64,000 bases of DNA from Rhizophagus irregularis (taxonomy: Eukaryota): contig NC_089431.1 in NCBI RefSeq assembly GCF_026210795.1, positions 4,340,001-4,404,000 of the forward strand. The letters run 5' to 3'. Numbering within the stretch: position 1 is the stretch's first letter; the number at the start of each line of letters is the position of its first letter. The translations under genes and the position numbers were made by a program. Under the pieces are notes generated by a model that saw only the letters and a program-made list of their open reading frames with translations, had not been told where the DNA came from and made no database searches. This document shows positions 27,734-41,394 of this stretch, piece by piece.

Positions 27734-29061
27734 CTAAGAATTATATTTATCGGAATTTATGTCACAATCATCACAACTTGGCAAGTCAACATCTTCATTT
27801 TCTAATTTTTCTGTTGTTACGATTTCTGTTTTTTCGATTTTTTCAATTTTAAAATTATTTGATATATTTTCAATATTATTAATTTCTGAAATTACTTGAC
27901 GAATATCTGGTCTTTCATCTGGTTCATGTTGCCAACATTCTATTTAATTAAAGTTAAAATTAAAAATTAAACTTAGAATAAAAAAAAAATCTTTTAAAAT
28001 TATTGAGTAATGTGATACTTACTTTTATAAAGCGTAACAAAGTTATAATTTGTACCTGAAATAGGTTTTTCTCTTTTACCATTAAAGATACCAGACTTAA
28101 TTTCAATAATTTCCAAATAATTATTATTATTTGTTTCAAAATCAAAAGGTGTTTTACAACTTGTTAATTCCCAGAGTAATACTCCCAAACTGTATATGTC
28201 GGATTTTTCGGTTAAGACATATGAATGATTTTGAGTTTCAAAAAATTTAGGATCCATATAAGGTATTACACCTCGTACTTCAGTATCACTAACTGATCCT
28301 TTTAGACATGAACGTCCGAAATCTGCTAGTTTTATTGTATCTTTTTGTATTAAGATATTATTAGGATGCTGATAAAAAAGAATGTGTTAATTCGTGTTAA
28401 ATATAAAAGAATTATAAGATAAAATTAATACAGTATACTTACAAGGTCTCCGTGTATGATTTCCTTATCAACATGTAACCATGAAATCGCACTTGAAATT
28501 TCTTTAGCAAACTTTAATTGGCTCTCCCATTTAAAAGTTATAGTATTATCTTTTAAATATTTTCCTAATGTTCCACCTTCTGCATATTCAAGTACAAGCG
28601 AATAATTTATTTGATCTAAAATATCAAAAAACACGTGAACAAAATATTCACAGAAAAAAAAGGTATTATAATAATTTTAAAAATAAATTATTTACCATTT
28701 AATTTCGTAACTCCATAAAATTGAATTATATTTGGATGAAGATTAACCATTCCCGTTAAATGAATCTGGAAAAACAAATACACGAATTTTAAAAATTTAT
28801 TTAAATAACAATATCAAATTATAATAGTAACATATCTCATACCTCATTAATAATGGCTTCTTTATTAGAATTTCCGATAAACTTTTTAATTACGAACTTT
28901 GATGTATCTTTCCAACATACATTATAAACCAAGACGGATGCTCCAGAAGAAATCTTATCGAGAATCTTAAAGCCTTGAGGATCATAATAATATACTATTT
29001 GTGATACATCGTCATCCAATAATATCTTGAGCCTGTTTTTATGACACACTTCGAGATGCAA
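27734..29061 (-). CDS. Array kinase copy B (start codon not located)
   Basis: Near-identical exon structure and motifs to copy A. Confidence 0.8.
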
Positions 29062-30581
29062 CTGTTATAATATAATGATTCGAATTACTATATTAATTAG
29101 AGTTGGCGCAGCCAAAGTGTGATCTGCATTTTGCCCTGTAACAAAATCTTTTGCTGCGTCAGAAAAAAAAAACCATTTAAATATCCTCTTTTTGTTGTGG
29201 CGCAGTATTCTCGATAAACAAACTAAGTATTTTTTTAAAATTTTATCAACTGGTACTGGTGCTTCACTGTCTCGAGATTTTGGTTTTTTTTTAAAATATT
29301 TATATTTGAGTAATAAAATTTTTTAAGTTAGCCAGAATAAAAAACAAAGAAAGACTTATTTATATCCAAATTCAAAGAAATGAAAGTGAATATAATTTTT
29401 AAACCTAGAATATTGACCAAAGAATTAAAAAAAAACGGAAAGAGAAAAGAAAAAACATTGAAATGTAGTTTTATAGAATTGCGCTACAAACGGATAATAC
29501 TTTTTCCGCAATTACTGTCGTGTTACAAAACTACGCCTTATTTTCTTTTTTCTCCAATAATGTTGAGAAACATTATAAAGTTGCACCATAATGCATGTAC
29601 AACCAAAACAGCAGCCTGTATAGTACGTATACCACTCCTTTTTTTTGCAGTTATTCAAAAACGCAATCACGATCCGAAAGTAAACTAAAAAGATTAATAA
29701 ATTTCTTTCTTTTTTTAATCCCGCGATTAATCTTGTCACGCATCAGTGATATATTGTAAAACCATGTAAAATTAATTTGCTCTTAACGATCTTAATAAAG
29801 TTTATTATTTGAACTCGGAATTAATACATAAACTCCGATTCTTTCCATTTTTCCCATAGATTTTTTTACTTACACTGCAGTACTAAATGTCCGAAATGGT
29901 CTGATCATTTAGCCATTTTTCGAAATAGAAGTTCGTTTAGACAGTAGTGTTTACCAATGATTTAGTGTGTTAGTCACGTGATTGCTTAACACATTCTGTG
30001 ATGATATTACGGACATCCAAACTATTTCCGCTTCCTAGAAATTAATAATATGCAAGTTAATTCTTATTCAACAATACTTGTTTCGAATGTTTCGTTCTAC
30101 ATAAGGTGGCCGGGTTAATACATTAAACTAAGGTATAAATGCCGCTCTTATAAAAGTAGTTTTCATAATTTTCTTTGAGTAAAAATGAATTTATAAAACA
30201 TTCGAAAATAGTAAATAAATAAAAAATTATCAAACTTTTCTGCATTAAGTACAGTACTTAAAAAAAAAAAATCTATATGTTGTAAAAAAATTTTTAGTCA
30301 AAATACATCGTAATTTTTTCCTGCTCTTTCTGTAATAAATATTCGGTTGTTATTTTATTTATGTAAATTTATTACGCTATAATATGTTGTCAACTACAAC
30401 TAGTTCGAATTCTTTCTTATAGTTATCAACAACGCACGTTTATAAATATTAAATGTTCTTTCATTCTTTGGATATTACTGTAATTTTTATATCTTATAAG
30501 GGAATAACGTTCATTAATGTTCTTACAAAATTACAAATAATACGAAATATAAAGAATTTTGAAAAAAAAAGATGAACCTAT

Positions 30582-31890
30582 CTAAAATTTATATTTATCA
30601 GAATTTATGTCATAACTATCATTGCTTGGTAAACCAAAATCTTCTTCAATTAAATTATCAGTTGTTTCAATTTCTTCAAAATTAAAAGTATTTGATACAT
30701 TTATAAATTCAGTATTATTAATTTCCGAAATTACTTGATGAATATCTGGTCTTTCATCTGGTTCATGTTGCCAACATTCTATTTAAATAGAAGTTGAAAT
30801 TAAAGCAAATAAAACAAGTTTTTTATTAAAAACAATTGAGAAATGTGATACTTACTTCTATAAAGCGTAACAAATTTATAATTTGTGCCTGAAATAGGTT
30901 TTTCTCTTTTATTGTTAAAAATATCACACTTAATTTTAAAAATTTCAAAAAGATCATTACTTTTTGTTTCAAAATCGAAAGGTGATTTACGACTTGTTAA
31001 TTCCCAGAATATTACTCCTAAACTATATATATCGGATTTTTCAGTTAAGCCATACGAACGATTTTGAGGTTCAAAAAATTTAGGATCCATATAAGGTATT
31101 ACACCTCGTACTTCAGTATTACTAACTGATCCATTTAGACATGAACGTCCGAAATCTGCTAATTTTATTGTATCTTTTTGTATTAAGATATTTTCGGGAT
31201 GCTTAAAGTAAAAAAATGTGTTGAATGCATATTAGATATATAATATTTAAATAAATTTTTTATATAAATACATTGTACTTACAAGGTTTCCGTGTATAAT
31301 TCCCTTATCAACATGTAACCATGAAATACCACTTGAAATTTCTTTAGCAAACTTTAATTGGCTCTCCCATTTAAAAATTATAGTATTATCTCTTAAATAT
31401 TTTCTTAATGTCCCACCTTCTGCATATTCAAGTACAAGCGAATAATTTATTTCATCTAAAGTATCAAAAAACACGTGAACAAAATATTCACATAAAAAAA
31501 AGGTATTATAAATAATTAAATAAATTATTTACCATTTAATTTCGTAACTCCATAAAATTGAATAATATTTGGATGAAGATTAACCAATCCCGTTAAATGA
31601 ATCTGGAAAAATAAATTGACGAATTTAAAAATTTATTTAAATAACAATATTAAATTATATTAGTAATATACCTCATTAATAATGGCTTCTTTATTAGAAT
31701 TTCCGACAAATTTTTTAATTGCGAACTTTGATGTATTTTTCCAACATACATTATAAACTAAGGCGGATGCTCCAGAAGAAATCTTATCGAGAACCTTAAA
31801 GCCCTGAGGATCATAATAATAGATTATTTGTGATACCTCGTCATCCAATAATATCTTTAGCCTGTTGGTATGACACACCTCGAGACGCAG
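30582..31890 (-). CDS. Array kinase copy C, probable pseudokinase (HGNL)
   Basis: Same exon structure; catalytic-loop Asp replaced by Asn (GIIHGNL). Confidence 0.75.
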
Positions 31891-33869
31891 CTGTTACAAT
31901 ATAAAAATCGATTTACTATATTAATAAGAGTTGGCGCAGCTAAAGTATTATTTGCGATTTGCGATTTTGCGATTTGTAGTCATTGTACTCGGTCAATTGA
32001 ACAAAATCTTTTGCTGCGTCATAAAAAAAAAACCATTTAAATAGCGGGCTCTTTTCCTTTTTTTTTGTTGTGGCGCAGTTTCTTGGTCGATGATTTTAAA
32101 AACAATACTTTATTTATCAACGGGCTGATGTTTCGAGTTTCTAATAATTTTTCGTAATAAATTTTTTTAATTTAACAATTAAAGAGATAAAAGTGAATAT
32201 AATTTTTAGACCTATTCAAAAGCAAAATATTGACTAGAATAAAAGAAATGAGAAAAAAGAAAAGAAATATTAGAAATAATGGTAAATGGTGGTTTTTATA
32301 TAAAACCTGGTGCTACACACGGATAATATTTTTTCCACAATCATGATCATTTTTTCAATGGGCTAAATCTTTTTGTTTATTTTTTAGTATTACAACAGTT
32401 GAAATAACAACGCAGTGCAACGTTGTAATCTGTCACCCATACGCGATAAAATGCATTATCACGTGAAAATGACGAAATCACAATAATTATTTTTCGCTAA
32501 AGTGTATTTTTCCCAATGGATAAATACAACAATTTGATAATGTACCCGAAAAGTATATGAAAAAATAATTATGCAAGTTTGTTTTTACCAACCAATTTTT
32601 TTTAACAAAGAGTGTTTCAAAAAATTTGTACAAGAAAAGAAAAAAATAATTAAACCTTTTCACTTTGTGACGTCTAATCCGTTCCATCAACGCTAGTTTA
32701 TTACAGGAGGATGTTTTTTTAACAAATTAATCCTTCTATATTAAATTTTTATTTTATAGATTTACTTAGTAATTTATATAAACAACTTTATTTAAGAAAT
32801 AAACTTAATCATAAATCGGAATAACGTCAAATGAAAAATTATATTCATTATAATTACAATAATTCTATTTGTCACAAAACCAGTACAAAACTTGAACACC
32901 ATGAATTTAATGTTTATTATAATCAAATAATTAATTAATTCATATTTTATTAGACACAGTAACGCGTAATGATCCGTAATATTATATTTTGATGATGAAT
33001 TGCCATGTGTATATTGAACTCACTAAATACACTTATGCCTGCCCTTAATAATGTGGCTTTTCAAATGAATATTTTTCCATTTCATTTCGTTAATTATCGA
33101 GTATAATGATTTCAATTTACCGAATATTATGTTGAAAAGAAATTCAAAATATAATTTATATAAACATCACTTTAGAGCCCAATTACAAAATTTTTACCTT
33201 TTTTCACGCCTCTTCAAAAGATTCAATGGAATTTCTCCTATCAGTTACTATATTATAATAATTTATTATTTAAATACTAGTAATATAAATTTTACAAAAC
33301 ATCTATAACAGTAATACAAATATATAATTTATTGCTAAGAGAGTAATGACAAAAATAACATTTGATCATTTGACGTTACCGTTTACATTTTGCAATGAAA
33401 AAATGTCAAATGTTTTATGCATATTGTAAATAAATGGTTAAATGATTAGTATTGCGGTGTATGTTTATAAATGGGAAAATTACGCCAAATATTTAAAAGA
33501 ACCAAATATTTAGACCATCATGCATATCATAATCAGATAAGGTTAATTCAACAGTCGCCCTTTATTTTGTCAAGATTAATTTTAAATTTTATTACGATTA
33601 AAAAAGATTCATAAATAACTGATTTTATTGGTAATAAGATTTTAATAATTTTATGATCGTTAACGAACAAATAAAATTTCCTCATTTCTATTGTGAAGTA
33701 TGTATCAGTATGTATCGCAATTTTGGACAGTTAATCTTGTGTATATTTTAATGCACACTTTCATATGATCGTGCAGGATATCTTCAATTTTTTTAGCAGT
33801 ACACTTTTGGAAAATATGTTAATAAGTCATAATAGTCGTAATTTTGATGTCCTAGTAAAAAAAATATTA

Positions 33870-34265
33870 TCCATTTGAACACACTATTTATCCGAATTTA
33901 CATAAAAACCACATTTATTATTATTTCATTATTTTCTCTTTTCCCCTTTTTTCCTTTTTCGTTTCTTTTATTTTATAGTTCTGAAATTATATAAATTATA
34001 TTCACTTTCATCTCCTTTAATTCCGGTTAAATTAAAAAATTCATTGTTCAAAAGTTTATTAGAAACCCGAAACATCAGCCAGTCGATAAATAAAGAATTG
34101 GTTGAAATTATTGACCGAGAAAACTGCGCCACAACAAGCAAATCCCGCTATTTAAATGTTTTTTATGGCGCAGCAAAAGATTTATTAACGAAATTTTTAC
34201 ATAATAAGGAACCAATAATGCAAATCGCAAAATACTTGCGCCAACTCTAATTAATATAGTAATTA
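33870..34265 (+). promoter_or_regulatory. Inverted orphan copy of the array-kinase upstream region
   Basis: Reverse-complement match to ~31910-32340 (gaaacatcagcc, aactgcgccacaaca, cccgctatttaaatg, gcagcaaaagattt, tgcgccaactct). No kinase exon follows. Confidence 0.75.
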
Positions 34266-35032
34266 GGGTCGTCACTTCGTACAACTCTGAACGCATACGA
34301 AGGTTTCAAAGAATGGTTTAAGCTTCTCGGTTATTTCATTTTGTGTACGAATCACAACGCCTGGTAATAAGCAACGAGTAGGGTTAGATTATTACGTTGA
34401 AAAACTTGAGGAATGGATTCTTAATGAAATTCCTAAAAAAGAAAAAAATTCTAAATCTAAGTTGAATCATTCTAGCGATAATATTATTATATTAAATAAA
34501 CGGGATGGTAGTCTCAGTATTAAAAACCATGTACAAACTAAATAATAATATATCATATCGTTGTTATCTCTCAATTACTTTTTTCGTTACCTTTCACCTA
34601 CTACAGCGATGTCCTAGGACACGATGACCCGATAAAACGATAAAAAATGTGGAGATTTAACACTATGTATAGAGAAAACTATTATTTCTTGGACTATTAC
34701 AACGTATATAATTTTTTTGATAGAATAATTTATTGTTTCAATGCAATGTAACTCATAAACAATACATTTCGGTTGGCAGTGATTTTCGCACGATAAATAA
34801 AAAAAAAAATAAATAAATAATAAATCTTCTATCAATTCGTAGTAGTCATACCGTGTCAATTATTAGATTTTTATTTTAAAAAAATAATTAAATTTTAAAA
34901 AGCTTCGGAACTATTACTATTACACTTGACAAATAATATTGAGATTACAAATAAATTAAAAGAAAGTTTTTCTCATTTGGAAAATGCAATCTTTCTGAAT
35001 TACTCAAATTTTCAAATCAGTCCATTATAGTA

Positions 35033-35789
35033 TTTTTTTTTTTTTCAGTTCACGTGCGCATAGCGCATATTTTATTGATATAGATTGAGAATTACAGGAT
35101 GTGAAGTTGTAGGTACAAGGTCAGATAGTAAAACTATATGGGACTACAAACCTTACAACAAGACTTAGTAGAAAATTAAATACATAAAAGACTACCAACG
35201 ACAACTGAGTTAAGTTAAAATTACTAAAAAGGACTAAACTCCGCACCTTTAAAGGTAACGGAAAGAACAAGAACTATATACAAAAAATTTAACCACCCGG
35301 ATCACATACCCCATAAAACCCAGGATTTCTTTACCAAATAATATATGCTCCTTAACGCTAATTAATCCCTCAAATAACGGATAATTTCCCAAATATCTTT
35401 TTGATTGCAGTTCTTTTTCTTTTTCTTTCGTAAAAATAGAGTCAGGTTTCTTTTTATCCATCTTTGAAATTCCCAAGGATTTTTCTGTTTGCTTCATTGC
35501 TTCACATCTTCTTTTCCAAACACCTGAATTAACTTTTGTAAAAATAAAATTTAAAATTTCTATACCAATCGTTTGAGCTAATTTTTCTTTAGAAACTCCT
35601 ACAAAAAAAAGTATAATTCTTGATAAACTTAGAGGGAAAATTCCTTTTATCATATCTATAAAACAAAATTCATTAGTATCTTTGACTCTTTGAAACATTG
35701 GGAGATCAATCAAATCCTCTTTTATAATTTTCTTTGCATCCACTCCATTTTGTATTAGCAAATCTATAAGTTTATCTATCGTTTCTGTT
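35033..35789 (-). mobile_element. 5'-truncated LINE insertion carrying the ORF C-terminus (35249-35761)
   Basis: 18-bp TSD AATCAGTCCATTATAGTA at 35015-35032 and 35790-35807; poly-T tract (A-tail) from 35033; ORF with VWKRRCE. Confidence 0.88.
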
Positions 35790-36659
35790 AATCAGTCCAT
35801 TATAGTATAATCAACGGATAAATAAATACATAAAAATTTGCTACCCAGTAGGTATAACTACATTTGCATAATCGTGTAAATGGTGCCGATCGGGGAAGCT
35901 AAGTCATGTTCGTTCACGTGATCATAATCCAATCATAATGTCTACTATTTATAGTAGGTACGTGTACATCAGGTGATCGAACATGGCTTAGAGTGGAGAT
36001 TCGTAGATCCTAAATCTAAGAGTATAACGCCCACCTATGAATCGATGGCTTTTATATATTTTTTCATAAATCATAAAAAAAAAATAAAATAAATTTTTAA
36101 CGCATGTTACGCAAAATTTCAGATGATGTGGCAAATTAGTTTTTTTCCCATGTTAAATTGCAACCCCCTTTATTTTATTATCGAAATTATCGAAAAAAAA
36201 TACTGAAATAAAATCTTTTTATTAAATATCAAATGAAAAAATTTTTTTATTAAAAGAATGACTTTTCTGGAATGCAAGAATGACTAAAAAAATCATATTC
36301 TTTTAGAAAACTTTAAAACTTAATAAAGAAACTTCTTACATTAATTAAAATATATAATATTCTAAAAAAATAAAAAATATTTCCTCATTTCGAATTCATG
36401 CAATTTTGTTTGTTTATGATTGATTGTTCATATTGTAGATATCGTCATATTTCAATTTTGTCATATTGAAAAAAAATTATAGAAGAAATCTATATAAGCA
36501 TTATGATCATTAAAATATGCGATACCATAAACGAAATAATTTGATTTAATTTTTCTTTTTTTTTTTATTAATTTATTTCATATCTATATACAAAAGTATT
36601 ATTTTCTTCATATTTGTTATAACAGAATGTATTAAAACTTTATTTAAATATGAAATTTA

Positions 36660-36950
36660 GTTTTCCAATCCGTAATCCGGCCAATCCGGATTGAATTCGG
36701 ATATCCGTATCCTACATTTTTAGACGGATGGATCCGTTAGTGAATCCGGATGGTTATCCTAGGCTGCCGATCTCGCCATTTCGAAAATTTTCTCATGAAC
36801 CGTCATAAGTCATGACTGATAACCTCTTCGTTAAAATTCGGATTAGGAAAAATCCGGATAGCTTAAAATCGGATGGGATGGATCCATGGATCCGTTGATT
36901 CAGATTATAATCCGGATGAGCTGTCAGGATCCGGATTGAATCCGGATGAC
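36660..36950. repeat. Cluster of ATCCGGAT/ATCCG motifs, probably subterminal repeats of a decayed DNA transposon
   Basis: Many direct and inverted TCCGGA/ATCCG motifs in an AT-rich background. No clear TIR or TSD. Confidence 0.55.
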
Positions 36951-37439
36951 TCTTTAAGAATATGATCGTATTCGCTTTTTATTAGATTTTTTAACTGTTG
37001 TTGTTGAACAATTGATGTATCATATATTACGCAATTATTTCATTTATATTCCTAATAAAAATGAAAATATTATTAATAAAATTAAGTCATTAAGCAGGAA
37101 ACGTGAACTGCTTGGATGTCTGTAACACCACAGAATTTTTTTTATGCGCGTTAAAAATAATCGAGATATTGTTAAGGAATCACGTGACTCAAGCACCTTC
37201 ACGTCGTCACGATTTCCTTTGACCAAATGAACAACATGTAAATGAAACTACAAACTATGAAAAAACGGAAAAATTACGCCAAATACATGTTAATGTACGA
37301 TATCATAATGAAATAAGGTTAAAGACTTCATATCAATGTATAAAATTACCTTTATTAGTTTAGTTCAGAAACAGAGAAAAAATTTGTTTTATGTTGATTA
37401 ATTCTAAATAAATATTATTACGATTAATCAGAGCAGTCG

Positions 37440-38010
37440 GTTTTTCAGATAGTAATACTAAATGTGTAGGGTGTAATACATTTTATGAATCCTAAATTTT
37501 TTGAAACTTAAAATCATTTATATGTCTTAACCGAAAAATCAGATATATATATAGTTTGGGAGTAATATTCTGGGAATTGACAAGTCGTAAATCACTTTTG
37601 ATTTTGAAACAAAAAAATAATAATCGTTTGGAAATTATTGAAATTTAGTTTGATATCCTTAAAGTTATAAGAGAAAAACCTATTTTGGGCACAAATTTTA
37701 AATTTGTTGCGCTTTATAAAAGTAAGTATAACTTTACGCAATAATTTAAAAAAAAATTTTTTTTTTTACCGTAAATTTAAATTTAATTTATTTAAACAGA
37801 ATATTGGGCAACATGAACCAGATGAAAGATCGAATATTCGTCAAGTAATTTTGGAAATTAATAATATTGAACTTTTAAATTTATCAAATAATTTTAAAAT
37901 TGAAAAATTGAAAGAACAGAAATTGAAACGATAGAAAAATTAGAAAGTGAAGATTTTGACTTTCTTAGTTATGATGATTGTGACACAAAATTCCGATAAA
38001 TATAAATCTT
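37440..38010 (+). pseudogene. Array kinase copy D, 3' remnant
   Basis: TEKSDI, FWELTSRKS, WQHEPDERSNIRQV with frameshifts and stops. Confidence 0.85.
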
Positions 38011-38084
38011 AGTGTAGTATTAAAATTGACGAAAATAAACGAACATTAACGAATGTTTTTCCTTATAAATTAAATAAAAATATA

Positions 38085-39308
38085 CTAAGTTGAGTAAGGG
38101 TTATTATCACCAATACATTGAGGTACAGTCATAATCTTCAAATTTGGTACTTTAGCAGCTTTATTAATAATTTGAATTGCAACGTCAACAGTTTTTGGAG
38201 CAAAATCATGTTCGAGAGAAATGAACCCATTTCCCATTGTAGTGAAATTTTTCATCCAAGAATCAAAGGTATTTAGAACAGAGTCGTCTGTCTGAGTAGG
38301 AGGGTTGGAAGTAAGACCCCAATCATTACTATCGAAATTTAGAGTCCAAATGACGGCTACAAAAATAATAAAAAATAGGTTTATATTTGAAAAGAAGTGA
38401 TATATATATTCAAATATTTTTAACATACTTTTCAAACCAACAGCATGAGCAATAGCACGAACACGATTATCAGTATCACCGTATGGAGGTCGCATATATA
38501 GAGGAGTAACACCAATAACTTCTTTAATAGCCTGGATAAAGAAATAGGAATTATATTAAATATTAAAATTCAAAAATTATATTAAAAATTTTGATACATA
38601 ACAAGAAATTTAATAAAAAATGTGAACCTTCATAGTCCATTTTAATTCAGCAACGATGGTTTCATTCGGAAGGGAGGTAAGTGCCGGATGAGACCAAGTG
38701 TGTACTGCGATATTATGACCTAAATTTTTATTATAATTAATTATTTAAATTTTTTTTTAGTTATTCGATTGAGTAAAAATTTTAGAAAGAACAGGGGAGA
38801 TAACCATACCAGAATCATAAGCAGATTTGAGAATTTGTGGATTATTGATAACATGGCTTCCTATTACAAAAAATGTAGCTTTAATATTAAGCTCACTCAA
38901 ATTGGCTAATAACTTGGGTGTTGACTCTGATGGCCCGTCGTCATATGTTAGTCCCCATTCACCAACATTTGGACAAAATATAACATCGTCTTTTGCAGTG
39001 AATTTTTGGCAAGTCCAAGAACCTTGATCTGGTTTAATTACAGTCGGAGGATCACATTTAGGAGCTTGATGAGTAATAATTACACCACCATTTGAAATTG
39101 GAAGGTTTGGAACATTTGATAGATCTATTTCTTTTAACCATGCTTGGACTTGAGGGTGATTAGTGTCTGGTACTTCATCAGCAGGTGGATAGTCATTAAT
39201 TGAAATTTGAGGGGGTGAAGCTGGTGAACCTGGCGAAGCAGCTTGGGGTAAGGCTTTTACCACACAAAAAGTAGCAAGAACGATTGTAATAATAAGAACT
39301 ATCTTCAT
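38085..39308 (-). CDS. Secreted chitin/polysaccharide deacetylase, CAZy CE4 (exons 39308-38810, 38719-38628, 38531-38429, 38356-38085)
   Basis: Signal-peptide-like [19 protein letters not shown]; all five CE4 motifs present: TYDDGP, HTWSH, RPPYG, DSNDW, LEHD. Confidence 0.93.
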
Positions 39309-40444
39309 TTCGAATGAAGTCTATTAATTTATAGATAAGAATTTTTTTTTTCCTAGAATGATATTATTGAGTTGCCTTCGAGAGTAAAGAAGAGCGTTGA
39401 ACAATAATTTAAAAAAAGAAAAGAAAAGAAATCAGGTTGTTTGTGCCTTATATAACCTAAAGGGACTTTAACATCCTTAATTACGATTCATTGATAATAT
39501 CCAATGAATAAAGGAACGTTTTAATATTTTGCATGTTATTGATGGTAGTTGCAATTGACAAACATATGATTATTATTATTTAGTTTCTTATATTATGAAA
39601 TTCTTACTTTTAGTTATTTTCACTTTAAAGAAATTACTGAAAATAATCAAGAACATGTTATCATCATTTACGCCTTGGTAAAACGTTACCATTTTCGAAC
39701 ACTGGATAGTATTGCATTGTATGTGAATGAAACTACATAAAGTAAAATTGTCAAAGATTGAAATTACGCCAAATACATTTTAATATATACAATTATGAAT
39801 TTTTTTTTTTTTTTTTTACTGGTTAACGAATGAATTTTATTAACGATTAGTAGAAGTTATCAGTTATAATGTATGCAATTATGAATATCATAATGAAATT
39901 AGGAAGGTTAAAGACTTCATGTCAATGTGTAAAATTACCTTTATTAGTTTAGTTCAGAAACAAAGAAATAATTTTTTTATGTTGATCAATTTTTATTGAA
40001 TAAATCTGAAACAATTACTTTTTTAGCGTAACTTTTTTTTTTAAAAAAAAATATATATGGAATATAATGGTTTATTAATTGTATTAATAAAACTCAATAG
40101 AAATTATAGAAAAACATTTAAAACTTTATATGTAAAATTCCATTGCGTAATACAAAAAAATTAATTATCTGTTCAATTCGGATTGGAAAAAATGAGTATA
40201 AACAAGTGGTATACAGGATAACTATTTAATTCCCTATTTTCACGTTGATGCTTTGGTTGTCGTATCCGATATGTAATATCATATTATAATAGTGCATTAT
40301 CGACTGTTGTACACAGTTTCTCAACATCATTTGGAAACTAATGAAAATAAGTCGCAATATGCGGGGAAAAAATATTATCCATTTATAGTATCGTTTTATT
40401 CAAATTTTATTTTAAAATCACACGCATTGATTCTGGCCGGTGAA

Positions 40445-41238
40445 CAGCATAGCGAACATCTCTATTTTATCACAAATTTGCCGATCATTTGCCGATCATT
40501 TATTTGATCTTATCACATAATACAAATGTCGTGACAGATCAATTTTACACAATAATAAATATAATAAATGTTTAAAATTTACAAATAACTTCACAGAATT
40601 TTAATTTTAATTAAAAACATAAAAATTAATACAAATACTAATAATTATATTATAGTACTAATAATTTAACCATGTTTAGTATAATATTTCAAACAGATTA
40701 TCTATATTACTTTCTATTATTTCTAAATTATTTTCAATATTCTCATCATTATTATCTTCACTTAAACTATTATCATCTTCATCTTCAACTAAAAGTTTTT
40801 CATTATCTTTAATGATGTAAATAATCTTTTTTATTAGAAATATAATAATAACAAATAATTGGCTAATTTCTCTATAAGCAAAAAACCTGCATTATGGGTC
40901 GAAACCTTGCATTATTTTTTTTACAGATTATATATAATAAAAGGAATGTTCATGCAAAATTTCAAGTTTCAGCTTTGCGTATTCGGCTTCGGCCTTCAAT
41001 TTTTATCCCGAAACTTCAAATTATCACATATTAATAATTTTGCATATAAAAATTAAAAATTATATAAATTATTTAATCTAAAGTTATACAACAATAAAAG
41101 GTGGCATATTTTATTTTTTTCTTATTTAGGCATTTACTTTGCCTTGCACTTTTACATAATTTAATCATTTTTTAATAAAATGAAACTTGTGATCGGCAAA
41201 TGATCGTCAAAGTGATATAAAGCATGTTCGCTATGCTC
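40445..41238. mobile_element. Non-autonomous hAT element
   Basis: TIR CAGCATAGCGAACAT / ATGTTCGCTATGCTC, subterminal TTTGCCGATCA repeats, 8-bp TSD CCGGTGAA. Confidence 0.88.
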
Positions 41239-41394
41239 CCGGTGAACCGGGTCCTCTGGAATTTTTTGATTTGTAATTATTTGTAATCATCCGGACCCAT
41301 GCGTCATTACATGGAACCCGAGCTGGGAACTTGGGGATAATGTATTCGTTGCGCCATCTCTTATTAATTATTCTGAATTCATACTGTGTAATAG

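Noticed and set aside
29380..29739. Overlapping ORFs in the array spacer (also 26356-26628)
   Set aside because: Not conserved in frame between repeat units; non-coding upstream DNA.
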